64,000 nucleotides of DNA from Octopus vulgaris (Eukaryota): the NCBI GenBank assembly GCA_951406725.2, contig OX597832.1, positions 18,972,001 to 19,036,000 on the forward strand, given 5' to 3'. The notes beneath the pieces are model-generated. The model had not been told where the DNA came from. It saw only the letters and a program-made list of their open reading frames with translations, and did not search any database. Made by a program: the position numbers and the translations under genes. This document shows, piece by piece, positions 28,801 through 42,800 of the stretch (position 1 is the stretch's first letter; every line of letters starts with the position of its first letter).

Positions 28801-29356
28801 TTATAATCTCCCTATATATACATATAGGTGAGTGTACCTGTTTGTGTATGTATGAATGTGAGTGTGCGGTGGGGTAATAAATTTATGTAGTATCCAAACA
28901 TCAGATTTGCCTGTCTCTAATCGTATTCATCACAAGTGTCTTCATCACTTCAACAACACCAGAAAAACAATTAACCAATTCTTTTTTTACAACGCATCAA
29001 ATGATGCTACTCCATAGAATTGTCTTTCTTTACACAAGTGTAGCTGTGTACGTATACGTACTTACGTATTTGAATTTAAACATTCATATATAAAGCGAAA
29101 ACGATTCCATGCTTCTCGAATATGTACAATAGATTGATTTATCATTCTAAAATTTCATGTTTTGAATTTATATACATTGGCATATTACAGTACGGGCAAC
29201 GTTGCATTTCCCTTGCCAAGTCTAAAATAAACAGATCCTATATCTTAAGATATTTCTCCTTCTCAGACGTAACTTTCTTATATCGGTTACTCACTGGTAC
29301 GCAGCCATTTTGAACTACCACTATGTATTTTATATGTATATATATATATATATATA

Positions 29357-29733
29357 CACTTGCGTCAGAAATTAATTAGCACTTCTCAAATTTCTACATT
29401 AAATAGGTTAAATCAATTAACCTATGAGCTGTTCAAAACGTCTTACGCGATGAGAAAACTTAGTATGGTGTGATTTCGGTCCTTGCGAGGCGCTACCTAT
29501 ATCTATTAAACATAGGAAGATTTGTCTGCATCCGCACTCCAATTTGTTGCACTGCTATGTCAACATCATAAGGCTGTAGACTCTCAAACTGCTCTGCAAA
29601 CAAAGTTACGTCATCGTTCTGCGCAACAGTGAAATCGCAACAAAGCAATAGTTCGAGATATGGCCACTAGGTGACAGCACATACCTTGAGTGAAGAGCAA
29701 ATCAAGGGTGCTAATTAATTTCTGACGGTAGTG
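29357..29733. mobile_element. Tc1/mariner-type MITE (377 bp)
   Basis: 26-bp terminal inverted repeats (CACTTGCGTCAGAAATTAATTAGCAC vs CACTACCGTCAGAAATTAATTAGCAC, 24/26). TA on both sides, inserted in (TA)n, no coding capacity. Confidence 0.85.
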
Positions 29734-29772
<39 letters not shown>

Positions 29773-30703
29773 ATGTATACACCTTTGCTCTTCTTATAGT
29801 AAATATGTATCTAAATTTTGTACGATTCTTTTTTTGAGGCACAAACATTAACAAAACATGTCCTGCTAGGTAACAGCTCAAGTAATAACAGAATTATAAG
29901 TGGTTATCCAATCTTACGTGCAAACGCCCGTTTTGAGAGAAAGAGCGAGAGAGTGAGAGTTTTGCGTGTGTTTTGCGTGTACGCGTGTGTGCTTGCGTGT
30001 GTGTTGTGTGTGTGTGTGTGTGTGTGTCTGTGTCTGTGTCTGTGTCTGTGTGTGTGTTGTGTTTGTGTGTGTTGTGTGTGTGTGTGTTTGTGTGTGTTGT
30101 GTGTGTGTGTTTGTGACTGTCTTTGTATTTGCGTGTTTGCCTGTAAATGTTCCAACGCGTTTTGAATCGATTGTCCGCATTTTATTGTAAGGAGGCCTTG
30201 AAGAATTAAGTAACTTTTACATCATCCTTAACTCTGTGAAAATTGCATCAGCAGGACAATTGCATCAACCGGTGCAGTTGACAACAAACCATAGTGCTGA
30301 ATGAGAAGCCACGACAGAGGGCAAACATCTAGAATCATTCTTGTACGTCTTTTACATACCCCAAGTTAAATGATGGTGCGAGATCTGATGAAGCCTTCAA
30401 GCTAATTTTGCAATGTCCTGTGTACACAATCAAGCTCTGATATCTTGATTTAATCTTGCAAGCTTTCATATTCTACAAGTGTTTTCATAATGATGTGACA
30501 TTTTATATGCAATTCACAGAATCCATCGGCACCTGCCCATTCTTGCACCAGTCCGTCTTCCTTGGATTCCAACGTACCCTATCAGTATGAGGCACCGTGT
30601 ATTAGAACAAGCAATGAATGTGAGTAAAAGACGATCTCACCTTAAATAAGATTTAGCGCCTTCATGTTGTCTATTTTACATACGTTTATATATTTTCTTT
30701 ATA

Positions 30704-31269
30704 TTGGGTTGTCCGGAAAGTTCCTGTCGATTTTTAAAGGAAAGAAAAAGGTCAATAAGTACTTGCCATTACATTTTTAATCAACCAAATATGAACCATT
30801 TTGTTGCACAATGCGTCTCCTTGTTTCCTTTAACTTGAAAATACCCTCTTCCCAGAATTGTGGTGGTTTCATGGCAAAGAATTTATCAAGGTCTCTTTTT
30901 ACGTTATCCAAGGAATTGAAATTTTTACAATTAAGACTATTCTGCAGAGACCTGAATAAGTGGAAATCTGAAGGAGCAACTTCTGGTGAATATGGAAGTC
31001 GGGGAAACACATCCCAGCCGAGCAGCAGCAATTTTTGTCTGGTTCCCAAAGCATCAAGTGCCGCAAATGAACTTTCTTATCTTCCATTTTAAAGGGATAC
31101 AGAATTAACACAGGTTATAGGAACATAAACCTTCTTCCACGAAATGATAGCTTAAACCGTGCTCTAAATGGAGGTGTAGTCAAATCCTATTCTATGGATT
31201 CAACCATGTTCTGAAATAAGTCGAAAGGTAAGCTACTATAAATCAGCACGAACTTTCCAGACAACACAA
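30704..31269 (-). mobile_element. Internally deleted mariner element (566 bp)
   Basis: 30-bp TIRs (TTGGGTTGTCCGGAAAGTTCCTGTCGATTT, 25/30) with flanking TA. Start MEDKKVHLRHLMLWE (ATG at 31087) is fused to the C-terminus TRQKLLLLGWDVFPRLPYSPEVAPSDFHLFRSLQNSL...NGSYLVD. Confidence 0.92.
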
Positions 31270-31910
31270 TATTATATTATCTAATGATATGACAACTCCT
31301 TTACAATTGTCACATCAACAATACTATAGTTCTTTGAGTCAAGACGTTCTCAATTCCTTGCATTTATACTTTTGATTCGATGTTGAAAGATTCCATATTG
31401 TAATGTTAGTTTAAATTTCATTGGTTTTCTAGCATTGAAGAAGGGTTAACGTGTGATGTACACGTCAACAGTTTAAACAGTTCAATATATGATGCATTTA
31501 TTCATAGTGTGTATGTGAGTGCGTAAGTGTGTGCGTGTATGTGCATGTGTGCGTATGTGTGTGCATTTGTGCATATATATATACAGGCCCAAATTCATAT
31601 ATAATATGTTATATATACTTATATATATCTGCATTACATGTATTGGATACTCACACAACCGCAAACACACACACGTGTGATATGGATATATACATACGCG
31701 TGAAAGTCGTTTTGCGCACATTTATATATGTGTGTGTGTGTGTATGTGTGTATGTGCTTGTGCGTCGGTGTGAGTATATGTTCTTATATGTGCGTGGTGC
31801 ATTTTTGAATACATTTGTAGCAAACTTTTACTTTGCTCTAGATATCTTTATGCAAATATTATCTTCATGCGTACGCATGTACTTCTTGAAATGCAGAGCA
31901 CGTATAATAT

Positions 31911-31968
<58 letters not shown>

Positions 31969-31999
31969 GCCTATATACATACATACATACATATATATA

Positions 32000-32053
<54 letters not shown>

Positions 32054-32309
32054 TATATATACATATACATATATATTCATATATATATATAAATACATAT
32101 ATATATATACACACACACACACATATATATATATATGTGTGTGTATGTGTACATGTGTGTTTATGACTGTGTTTTTGTAGCTGTCGGCTATTGATATAAT
32201 TACTGTTGTTGTCATCATCGTGATCATCACCATCATCTATAGTAGTAACAGCAGCAACACCAACCGAAGTAGGAGTAGTAGTGTCAACAGCAGCAGCAGT
32301 AGTAGTAAC

Positions 32310-32383
<74 letters not shown>

Positions 32384-32942
32384 CAGCAGCAATGTGTTTT
32401 TTTTATTATTTGTTTGGTTTCTAGTTTATTTTTGTTTAGAATTTTTTTTTTTATGATTTGTTTAATCACGTTTCGTTAGTTGTCATTTTGTTTCTTTTAT
32501 TTATTCACTATTTCTCAAATGTGACCTACATTCCTAAGAAATGTCGTTACTGACGCAACAATAGTTTGTCTAGAGTCGGATATGTCTTTGGTCGTCCCGT
32601 TTTCGCAGATTTGTTGGGGAGATTTTTATGATGTTTTAACGTAAGTTTGATAGCCAAAATGTTTAACACCAGTTTATTTATTTACATTTTATTTGTAGTT
32701 ACCCGTCTTTTACTCTCTCTCTCTCTCTCTCTCCCTTTCATTCTCTGCCCCTTTCCCGTCTTTCTTGTATTTTCTCTTACCTTACATTCTTAATCATTTC
32801 ATGATTCCCCCCTAACGAATTTATTTATCTAACCGTTAATCTCGTCTTTGATCGCTTTTGTTTTACGTTTAATTTTTAATTGTTAATGTCTGCTAGATCA
32901 GACTTGTGTGGAACCTACTGATATATTTTATTTTATTACTTA

Positions 32943-33455
32943 ATAGCAGTATCGCCCGGCGTTGTTCGGGTTTGTAAGGGAAATAACTATATAAGCATTT
33001 TTAGAGAGTTACTTCCCTTATAGATGCCAATTCGGGTTTTCTTAGCCATTTCTGTTTTGGTGTCTTCAAGCCATGAAGTCGTTGTTCTAAAAGAATCCTG
33101 GTCTCCTTGACAACGCTTTACGTCGTTGATTTCCTTACACTCCCTTCCCCACAGCTTCACGAGGGAGGGAAGAAGGGGGAGAAGCAAACACGTGCAGGTG
33201 TGACCATGGACGCCAACTCCGCCGCCATCGACACACGAAAAATTATGCATTAAAATGGAATAAAAAATGATGTTAAATTATTTTTTAAATTGTAGACTCA
33301 TCGTAGACGCGCGCTAATACGCAGACGGGCTCTATATGAATCACGACTATAAGATACCCGAATTTGGTTAAACTGCACCGCAAAATGTGGGAGTAGTTAG
33401 GAATCAAAATCGAAGGGGACAGACACTCACACAACTACAGTTTTATATATAGAGA
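32943..33455 (-). mobile_element. Non-autonomous Helitron-like element
   Basis: Minus strand begins A|TCTCTATATATAAAA and ends with the GC hairpin CCCGAACAACGCCGGG, then CGATACTGCTAT|T (degenerate CTAG). Subterminal inverted repeat AAGGGAAATAACT / AGTTACTTCCCTT. Confidence 0.7.
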
Positions 33456-33856
33456 TTTTTTATTATTATCATATTCCCCTCGGTGTGTCTTGATCGTACA
33501 GTACCATGCAGAAACGCATTCATGCTTTAAACTATTCTATATATTTTCCTTAAAATATTGTCTACATACGACTGACGGCTGTATTATCCAGCCTGTCCAT
33601 TTTTTTGTTAAGTGAGTAGAAGGAATCATTCGAACATACTCTACTAGACCTTAAGAACGAAAATTTACTTATGTAGCGATAAACTGCATGGCATCCCCTC
33701 TTGAGATACTTCTGGACCCTGGAATGCACTGGAGTTCACTGTAGAATTTCCACTCACGAAGGAGCGATGCAAGATGTATCGATGCGATTGTTTTGATAAA
33801 TGAATTTCTAGTATAGTCTATCTTCCGTATCTATTGACTCTTTTGTATATCTTTTG

Positions 33857-34037
<181 letters not shown>

Positions 34038-34080
34038 TTATATGTACATACTTACATATATATATATATGTATATACATA

Positions 34081-34118
<38 letters not shown>

Positions 34119-34734
34119 TATATGGGTACAGGACGACACAAAGCATAAACAACATGAAAAATCGAATGCAAACCCGGTTTTGCGAAGATTGAAAGAAACA
34201 AATGTAAATCAAAAGAAGTAACACAAAGGACGATCCTTCACCAGTTGTCGACTGTTTATCTACTCCACATTTCGAGCAATTCACGACAATATAAGGTTTC
34301 GAAAAATAGTTGCCCCCGCGAACCAAAATAAAATTTGAGTTTTGCGGTGGGTCAAATCTGATAACAAAATAAGGACAGTAGAGACATGCAACAAACCAAA
34401 CGAAAACAAACGTGGAATGCCGTTAGGCCAGAGGAGGTAAGGTATCGAATGCTGGAGGAATATTCTTTCACAAGAGAAAATATAGAAAAGGAGACAGATA
34501 ATAATGCGTCTGGACTGTGTGACAGACTGACTGAAAAGAAAGATGATCACGTGAGGAAAAGAAAGATGGACGATGGTCACGTGTAAGCAACGAGCGAGAG
34601 TAGCGGAGGCAGAGAGACAGAACGGTGAAGGGGAGAAAAAAGAATTAGAGAAAGGATGAGAGAAAAAAATTGAAAGGGGGAGAAGGGGAGAAAAAAGAAT
34701 TAGAGAAAGGAAGAGAGAGATTGGTTGGCTTGTG

Positions 34735-34830
34735 GCTATAGTTGAAGACACTTGCCCAAGATGCCATGCAGTGGGACTGAACCCAGAACCATGTAATCGG
34801 GAAGCAAACATCTTACTACATAGCCACGCC
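34735..34830 (-). mobile_element. SINE family B head fragment
   Basis: GCTATAGTTGAAGACACTTGCCCAAGATGCCATGCAGTGGGACTGAACCCAGAACCATGT. Confidence 0.8.
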
Positions 34831-35314
34831 AACACCTCATGTCTATCTTCTATGTTTTATGTTTTTCTTCTCGGATATTTCGCTAATGTTCTAAATATGT
34901 CGCTCATATGCCTTCATTATATACAAATGTTTCTCAGACAACATATTGGCATATGGACTGATCTTTGGTAATGTGGTAAAGAATATGTGGTTTCCATGCT
35001 TCAAACACACAGGCAAAATAACTTATTTCGTTGACACGTTCAATAATCTGGAACGTAGATGTCTACTCACACTACGACTTCGAAGACGACAATTGATTAT
35101 TCAATTCCCTGGACGTTTCTCAAATGAAATATAACGTTTCTCCTTCCACAAGATATATGGTATTTCTTTGAGCATAGTACATCCTATCAGATATCTATAG
35201 ACGAATGCTTCAAAAAGTTTGGATACAACGATGTTGTTTCTTTAACTAACTTACATTTTTGTTTATGTATAAAATATATGTCCTCCTTATTTATTTATGT
35301 ATAAGGCATATATA

Positions 35315-35683
35315 TGGAAGCACTCCGTCGGTTACGACGACGAGGGTTCCGGTTGATCCGATCAACGGAACAGCCTGCTCGTGAAATTAACGTGTAAGTG
35401 GCTGAGCACTCTAGAGACACGTGTACCCTTAACACAGTTCTCGGGGATATTCAGCGTGACACAGAGAGTGACAAGGCCGGCCCTTTGAAATACAGGTACA
35501 ACAGAAACAGGAAGTAAGAGTGAGAGAAAGTTGTGGTGAAAGAGTACAGCAGGGATCACCACCATCCCTGCCGGAGCCTCGTGGAGCTTTAGGTGTTTTC
35601 GCTCAATAAACACTCACAACGCCCGGTCTGGGAATCGAAACCGCGAGTCCGCTGCCATAAACACTGGGCCATTGCGACTCCAC
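35315..35683 (-). mobile_element. SINE family A, full-length
   Basis: Collinear with 17249-17631. A and B boxes lie on the minus strand, and the tail is CTGTTCCGTTGATCGGATCAACCGGAACCCTCGTCGTCGTAACCGACGGAGTG. Confidence 0.9.
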
Positions 35684-36575
35684 TATATACATGGACGGGG
35701 AATGGAAGGAACAAAAAATGTGAAAATACAAAAGGGACGGAGTCCATCTGTGACACACTCAGAGGTTAGATTAACGGATAGATAAATAAATTCGTTATGG
35801 GCTGGGAATCAGGAAATGATTAAGAAAGTAAGGTAAGAGCAAATATAAGAAAGACGGAAAGGGGCAAAAAAAGAAATTCTGCCGACTATATCCAAGTAGC
35901 TCTAGATAATTGACATGACATGAAAAGCATATAAGAACGTTTCAATGCACGATTTAACTGTATTGCACCAACACATATTGCATCTAATTTGAAGGTTGTT
36001 CAAAGATAACTTAAACGAAGGCAAGTGGTCTATATTAACATGTGTTCAAGATTAATAAGTATCCAAATACAACCAAAAAGTAATTGATAAATCAATGTAG
36101 CAGAAGTATTGAGACATTTTCTCCATACTAAATTCTCTTTCTCTTTCCTACCCTGCGCGCGGGCACACACATACACATGTGGTTGTGAGAGGTAATTAGA
36201 TAGTGAGATAAAGAGAGAGAGAGAGAGAGATTTCAATAAGGAAATATAAAATATATCACAAATGAAATTTGAGCAACATGGGTAGTGGCCATGTCTAATT
36301 TAGTAACACCGCAAGCAAATATATCATCCATTTGCAAGCAGGGAATCATACTTCCAATTGCACGCACTTATTACACACAAACACAAAAACACACACACAT
36401 TTACATTTACGCACACACAAATACAAAAACACAAACACACATATATATACACATTTACAAATTTACATACATAAACACATACACATAAACATATATACAT
36501 ATATAGTGATATATATATATATATCTATATATACACTGATAGATTTAGTTTTATACACACTATATATATATATGT

Positions 36576-36665
<90 letters not shown>

Positions 36666-36674
36666 GTACATATA

Positions 36675-36709
<35 letters not shown>

Positions 36710-36945
36710 GATAATCTTCAACAGACGAATATCAAGATTTCTTCTATGTCCCCAAGTGATTAAGAGATTCTTAGTGGTGTGACCTTTAATTTCCAGTTAG
36801 CACACTTGTCGAGGATCTTCAACCCTCCAGGTATAGCATAGCTCTTGGTCAAACGAATCCAACACATTTCTGCTATACAATTATACACACACATACATAC
36901 GATCTGAGTCGGCTAATTTCAAGTAGACAGAGATTGCACACACAT

Positions 36946-36992
<47 letters not shown>

Positions 36993-37604
36993 TATATAAC
37001 TGCTCTAGCTCAGTAGGACTGAGGATGTCTTATAGAGGAAGTCTTAGTTCAAATTCAAAATGAACCCTACATCTGAATATGGCAGATTCACCCGAAATTA
37101 TGCCCGCAGCATTTTTTCATATGCCGGTTGAATGTTAAAGTGAATTTTGATCAGATTCCTTGATATAGAATTGTTTGACATTACATGCTGTTGTATGTTA
37201 TGCACATATGTGCGCAAGCACGCACACACACACTCTTTCTTTCTTTCTCTCTCTCTCTCTCTCTCTGTCACTCATACACGCACACTTACACATACACGTA
37301 CATACAAACATATGAATACATACGAATACATGCATACACACATATATGTATTATGGATATATGTGTGTGTATGGGTATAAATGTATGTATACATATGTAT
37401 ACGATTATCTTTGTAGGTGCGTGTGTACTCATTTATATATATATATATACATATGTATATGCTTATATACGCACGCGTGTGTGTAACTGTGCGTACATAT
37501 ATTTCTATTCACGTTTCATATATGAACCCACCACTCTTTCTCTGTCTCTCCCTCTCTTTCTCTGCACATATACATAAGTGTGTGTGTGTGTGTTTGTGCA
37601 TATG

Positions 37605-37667
<63 letters not shown>

Positions 37668-38276
37668 TGTACGTATGTATATATATATAAATCTGTATAA
37701 TAAATATCTGTATGTATGCATTTATATATGTATATATGCATGTGTCTATATATGTTTGTATGTATGTGTTTGCATGATTGTGTCTATATATATATATAAT
37801 ATATGTGTGTATGAGTTTTGTTAAATCTACTGTCTGACTACATACTTTGGCAAATATATCTGATATTTCTGCCAAAATTCTCTCATCATGCCGACGGGTA
37901 GAATAAAGGGAAATACGAATACATTAGTCTTTTCCAAGGAATAGCTCTAAAATGTTTTACAAAATATTCTTTTGACGATTTCTGAACGAGAGCCACTTGC
38001 CTGGTCATTTATTGGTCAAAGGTTAGCAACAACTGAAACAGAAAGACATAAAGAAGATCCATATTTGCTGCGATGTATGCTAGATAAATGTTCCAGTGAA
38101 TAGATTTGTTTTGACGTATGCAAAACAATGTTTATCTCTGTGACCAGTTCATTCGCAACCATTTATGCGAACTTCACCGTTGAAACATTAAACACGTTTC
38201 TGTATTCCTATCAGAAATGGACTGACTTATAAGAAGAAATATATTCCTAAATATATCATAATACATAATTAATGAA

Positions 38277-38328
<52 letters not shown>

Positions 38329-38621
38329 TTGTGTATGTGTGTGCGCGTGTGTGTGTGTGTGTGTGGGCGTGTGTATATGGAGGTGGGGTATATTTAGTTC
38401 TTATGTCTATATTTACGCTGACGTGTATATGTGTATTAATATTTGCACAAAGCTTCACTCCCACACACATATATGTGTGTGCGTGTACCTGTGTGTATGT
38501 ATAACTGTATATGTTCAAACATTTATATCTCACACACACACACACTCACATATTTATATATATGAACAGCAAGAGAGAGAGAGAATATATACAATATATA
38601 CATATATATATATATATATAA

Positions 38622-38715
<94 letters not shown>

Positions 38716-39504
38716 TTATATGTATATATATATATATATACATGTTAATAAGTGCCTTCAATGTGGTTCTCTCTGTTTCACTAAACATGAGAATGCATAC
38801 TTATGTACATACATCCTGCATACATACTTCCTACATATATACACACACACATACATACATACATACATGCATACATACATATATATATATATATATTCAT
38901 TTTTTTTCAATATTTTTCACGAGGTATATACATACCTTATTACCACTGCTAAATAGAAAGAGAGAAAAAGAGGGTCGGAGAAATGGAGATATACCGATAG
39001 AGGATGAGGAAGAACGAAAGAGAGAAAGTGAAAGAAAGGCAGTAAGATAGAAACCATGATGAAAGTTATATATATAAAATAAGCTGAACGAACAGATCAA
39101 TATGTTTATACTCTCTGGGGCATTGCACTGGTTCCTGTTTTCGCGTTCTAACCTTCGATGTCTGCTCTTAGCTTTTTAAATTTTGAAGATAGATTGCTCA
39201 AATAAGTACCGATAATAACATAAGAGCAGTCTCATAAAATATAGAGCTCCAATGTTCTCTAATATATATCCGTGTTAGACTGAAACAAATCACTATGTTA
39301 CGTTGTGTCTGCAGTTGTGTATGTGTCTGTTTATCTATGTGCCTCAGTGCTCAGGTTGGTGTTTGTATATCTGCTTGTGTGTGCGAGAATGATATCGCAT
39401 TAATTACTTCCGCAATGGCAGGTCACCTCAAATTTGGAAGAAAAAGCAATGCAATTAAACCTGTCTTATTTTTCAACGCAATTTCTCTATCGACACAGAT
39501 AGAA

Positions 39505-39571
<67 letters not shown>

Positions 39572-39823
39572 GACATTGAAATGATATGTCCGAGTTGCTT
39601 ATGCACAAAGTTTAACTCAGTCGTGAGTTACAATGTTTTATCCTGACAATTTTTTTGTTTTACAACTTTGAAGAGTTACACCGTCACTTTTCGAAATGCA
39701 ATTCATGGTGTCTGGTTATATTTTCAGTTTTCTCTTGGAAATCATGGGATGGATCAAACATTCGTGTTGTTTATGAATATCGGTTCCGTCGTGGAATCAA
39801 TGCATGTCAGACAGCTTGAAATA

Positions 39824-42800
39824 TTAATGAGGTGTTTGGTGAATGAGTGGTCGAATGAGTGCACTATACGTCGAGGGTTTGAGAAGATCCGGTCTTAATG
39901 AGGTGTTTGGTGAATGAGTGGTCGAATGAGTGCACTGTACGTCGAGGGTTTGAGAAGATCCAGTTTAATGAGGTGTTTTGTGAATGAGAGGTCGAATGAG
40001 TGCACTGTACGTCGAGGGTTTGAGAAGATCCGGTCTTAATGAGGTGTTTTGTGAATGAGTGGTCGAATGAGTGCACTGTACGTCGAGGGTTTGAGAAGAT
40101 CCGGTCTTAATGAGGTGTTTTGTGAATGAGTGGTCGAATGAGTGCACTGTACGTCGATGATTTGAGAAGATCCGGTTTAATGAGGTGTTTTGTGAATGAG
40201 TGGTCGAATGAGTGCACTGTACGTCGAGGATTTGAGAAGATCCGGTCTTAATGAGGTGTTTGGTGAATGAGCGGTCGAATGAGTGCACTGTACGTCGAGG
40301 ATTTGAGAAGATCCGGTTTAATGAGGTGTTTGGTGAATGAGTGGTCGAATGAGAGCACTGTACGTCGAGGATTTGAGAAGATCCGGTCTTAATGAGGTGT
40401 TTGGTGAATGAGCGGTCGAATGAGTGCACTGTACGTCGAGGCTTTGAGAAGATCCGGTCTTAATGAGGTGTTTGGTGAATGAGTGGTCGAATGAGTGCAC
40501 TGTACGTCGAGGATTGGAGAAGATCCGGTCTTAATGAGGTGTTTGGTGAATGAGTGGTCGAATGAGTGCACTGTACGTCGAGGATTTGAGAAGATCCGGT
40601 CTTAATGAGGTGTTTTCTGAATGAGTGGTCGAATGAGTGCACTGTACGTCGAGGATTTGAGAAGATCCGGTCTTAATGAGGTGTTTTGTGAATGAGTGGT
40701 CGAATGAGTGCACTGTACGTCGAGGATTTGAGAAGATCCGGTCTTAATGAGGTGTTTGGTGAATGAGCGGTCGAATGAGTGCACTGTACGTCGAGGATTT
40801 GAGAAGATCCGGTCTTAATGAGGTGTTTGGTGAATGAGTGGTCGAATGAGTGCACTGTACGTCGAGGATTTGAGAAGATCCGGTCTTAAAGAGGTGTTTG
40901 GTGAATGAGCGGTCGAATGAGCGCACTGTACATCGAGGATTTAAGAAGGTCCGGTCTTAATGAGGTGTTTGGTGAATGAGCGGTCGAATGAGTGCACTGT
41001 ACGTCGAGGATTTGAGAGGATCCGGTTTAATGAGGTGTTTTCAGCATGAATGGTCGAATGAGTGCACTGTACATCGAGGATTTGAGAAGATCCGGTCTTA
41101 ATGAGGTGTTTGGTGAATGAGTGGTCGAATGAGTGCACTGTTCGTCGAGGATTTAGAAGATCCGGTCTTAATGAGGTGTTTTGTGAATGAGTGGTCGAAT
41201 GAGTGCACTGTCCGTCGAGGATTTGAGAAGATCCGGTCTTAATGAGGTGTTTGGGGAATGAGTGGTCGAATGAGTGCACTGTACGTCGAGGATTTGAGAA
41301 GATCCGGTCTTAATGAGGTGTTTTGTGAATGAGTGGTCGAATGAGTGCACTGTACGTCGAGGATTTGAGAAGATCCGGTCTTAAAGAGGTGTTTGGTGAA
41401 TGAGTGGTCGAATGAGCGCACTGTACGTCGAGGATTTGAGAAGATCCGGTCTTAATGAGGTGTTTGGTGAATGAGCGGTCGAATGAGTGCACTGTACGTC
41501 GAGGATTTGAGAAGATCCGGTTTAATGAGGTGTTTTGAGAATGAGTGGTCGAATGAGTGCACTGTACGTCGAGGATTTGAGAAGATCCGGTTTAATGAGG
41601 TGATTTGTGAATGAGTGGTCGAATGAGTGCACTGTACGTTTAGGATTTGAGAAGATCCGGTTTAATGAGGTGTTTGGTGAATGAGTGGTCGAATGAGTGC
41701 ACTGTACGTCGAGGGTTTGAGAAGATCCGCTTTCATGAGGTGTTTTCAGCATGAATGGTCGAATGAGTGCACTGTACATCGAGGATTTGAGAAGATCCGG
41801 TCTTAATGAGGTGTTTGGTGAATGAGTGGTCGAATGAGTGCACTGTTCGTCGAGGATTTAGAAGATCCGGTCTTAATGAGGTGTTTTGTGAATGAGTGGT
41901 CGAATGAGTGCACTGTAGGTCGAGGATTTGAGAAGATCCGGTCTTAATGAGGTGTTTGGGGAATGAGTGGTCGAATGAGTGCACTGTACGTCGAGGATTT
42001 GAGAAGATCCGGTCTTAATGAGGTGTTTTGTGAATGAGTGGTCGAATGAGTGCACTGTACGTCGAGGATTTGAGAAGATCCGGTCTTAATGAGGTGTTTG
42101 GTGAATGAGTGGTCGAATGAGCGCACTGTACGTCGAGGATTTGAGAAGATCCGGTCTTAATGAGGTGTTTGGTGAATGAGCGGTCGAATGAGTGCACTGT
42201 ACGTCGAGGATTTGAGAAGATCCGGTTTAATGAGGTGTTTTGAGAATGAGTGGTCGAATGAGTGCACTGTACGTCGAGGATTTGAGAAGATCCGGTTTAA
42301 TGAGGTGATTTGTGAATGAGTGGTCGAATGAGTGCACTGTACGTTTAGGATTTGAGAAGATCCGGTCTTAATGAGGTGTTTGGTGAATGAGTGGTCGAAT
42401 GAGTGCACTGTACGTCGAGGATTTGAGAAGATCCGGTCTTAAAGAGGTGTTTGGTGAATGAGCGGTCGAATGAGCGCACTGTACGTCGAGGATTTGAGAA
42501 GATCCGGTCTTAATGAGGTGTTTGGTGAATGAGCGGTCGAATGAGTGCACTGTACGTCGAGGATTTGAGAAGATCCGGTTTAATGAGGTGTTTTGTGAAT
42601 GAGTGGTCGAATGAGTGCACTGTACGTCGAGGATTTGAGAAGATCCGGTTTCATGAGTTGTTTTGTGAATGAGTGGTTGAATGAGTGCACTGTACGTCGA
42701 GGGTTTGAGAAGATCCGGTCTTAATGAGGTGTTTGGTGAATGAGTGGTCGAATGAGTGCACTGTACGTCGAGGATTTGAGAAGATCCGGTCTTAATGAGG

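Noticed and set aside
34120-34620. Possible unclassified interspersed repeat
   Set aside because: It looks repeat-like, but there is no second copy in the window and no termini, TSD or coding motif to support a call.
37000-37060. Degenerate Pol III A/B boxes (AGCTCAGTAGG ... AGTTCAAATTC)
   Set aside because: The motifs are short with no recognisable SINE body or tRNA fold; the evidence is insufficient.
39824-39827. TTAA at unit boundaries suggesting piggyBac-type insertion
   Set aside because: The TTAA is part of the transposase codons ATT AAT (I-N). There are no piggyBac terminal repeats and no TTAA after the last unit.
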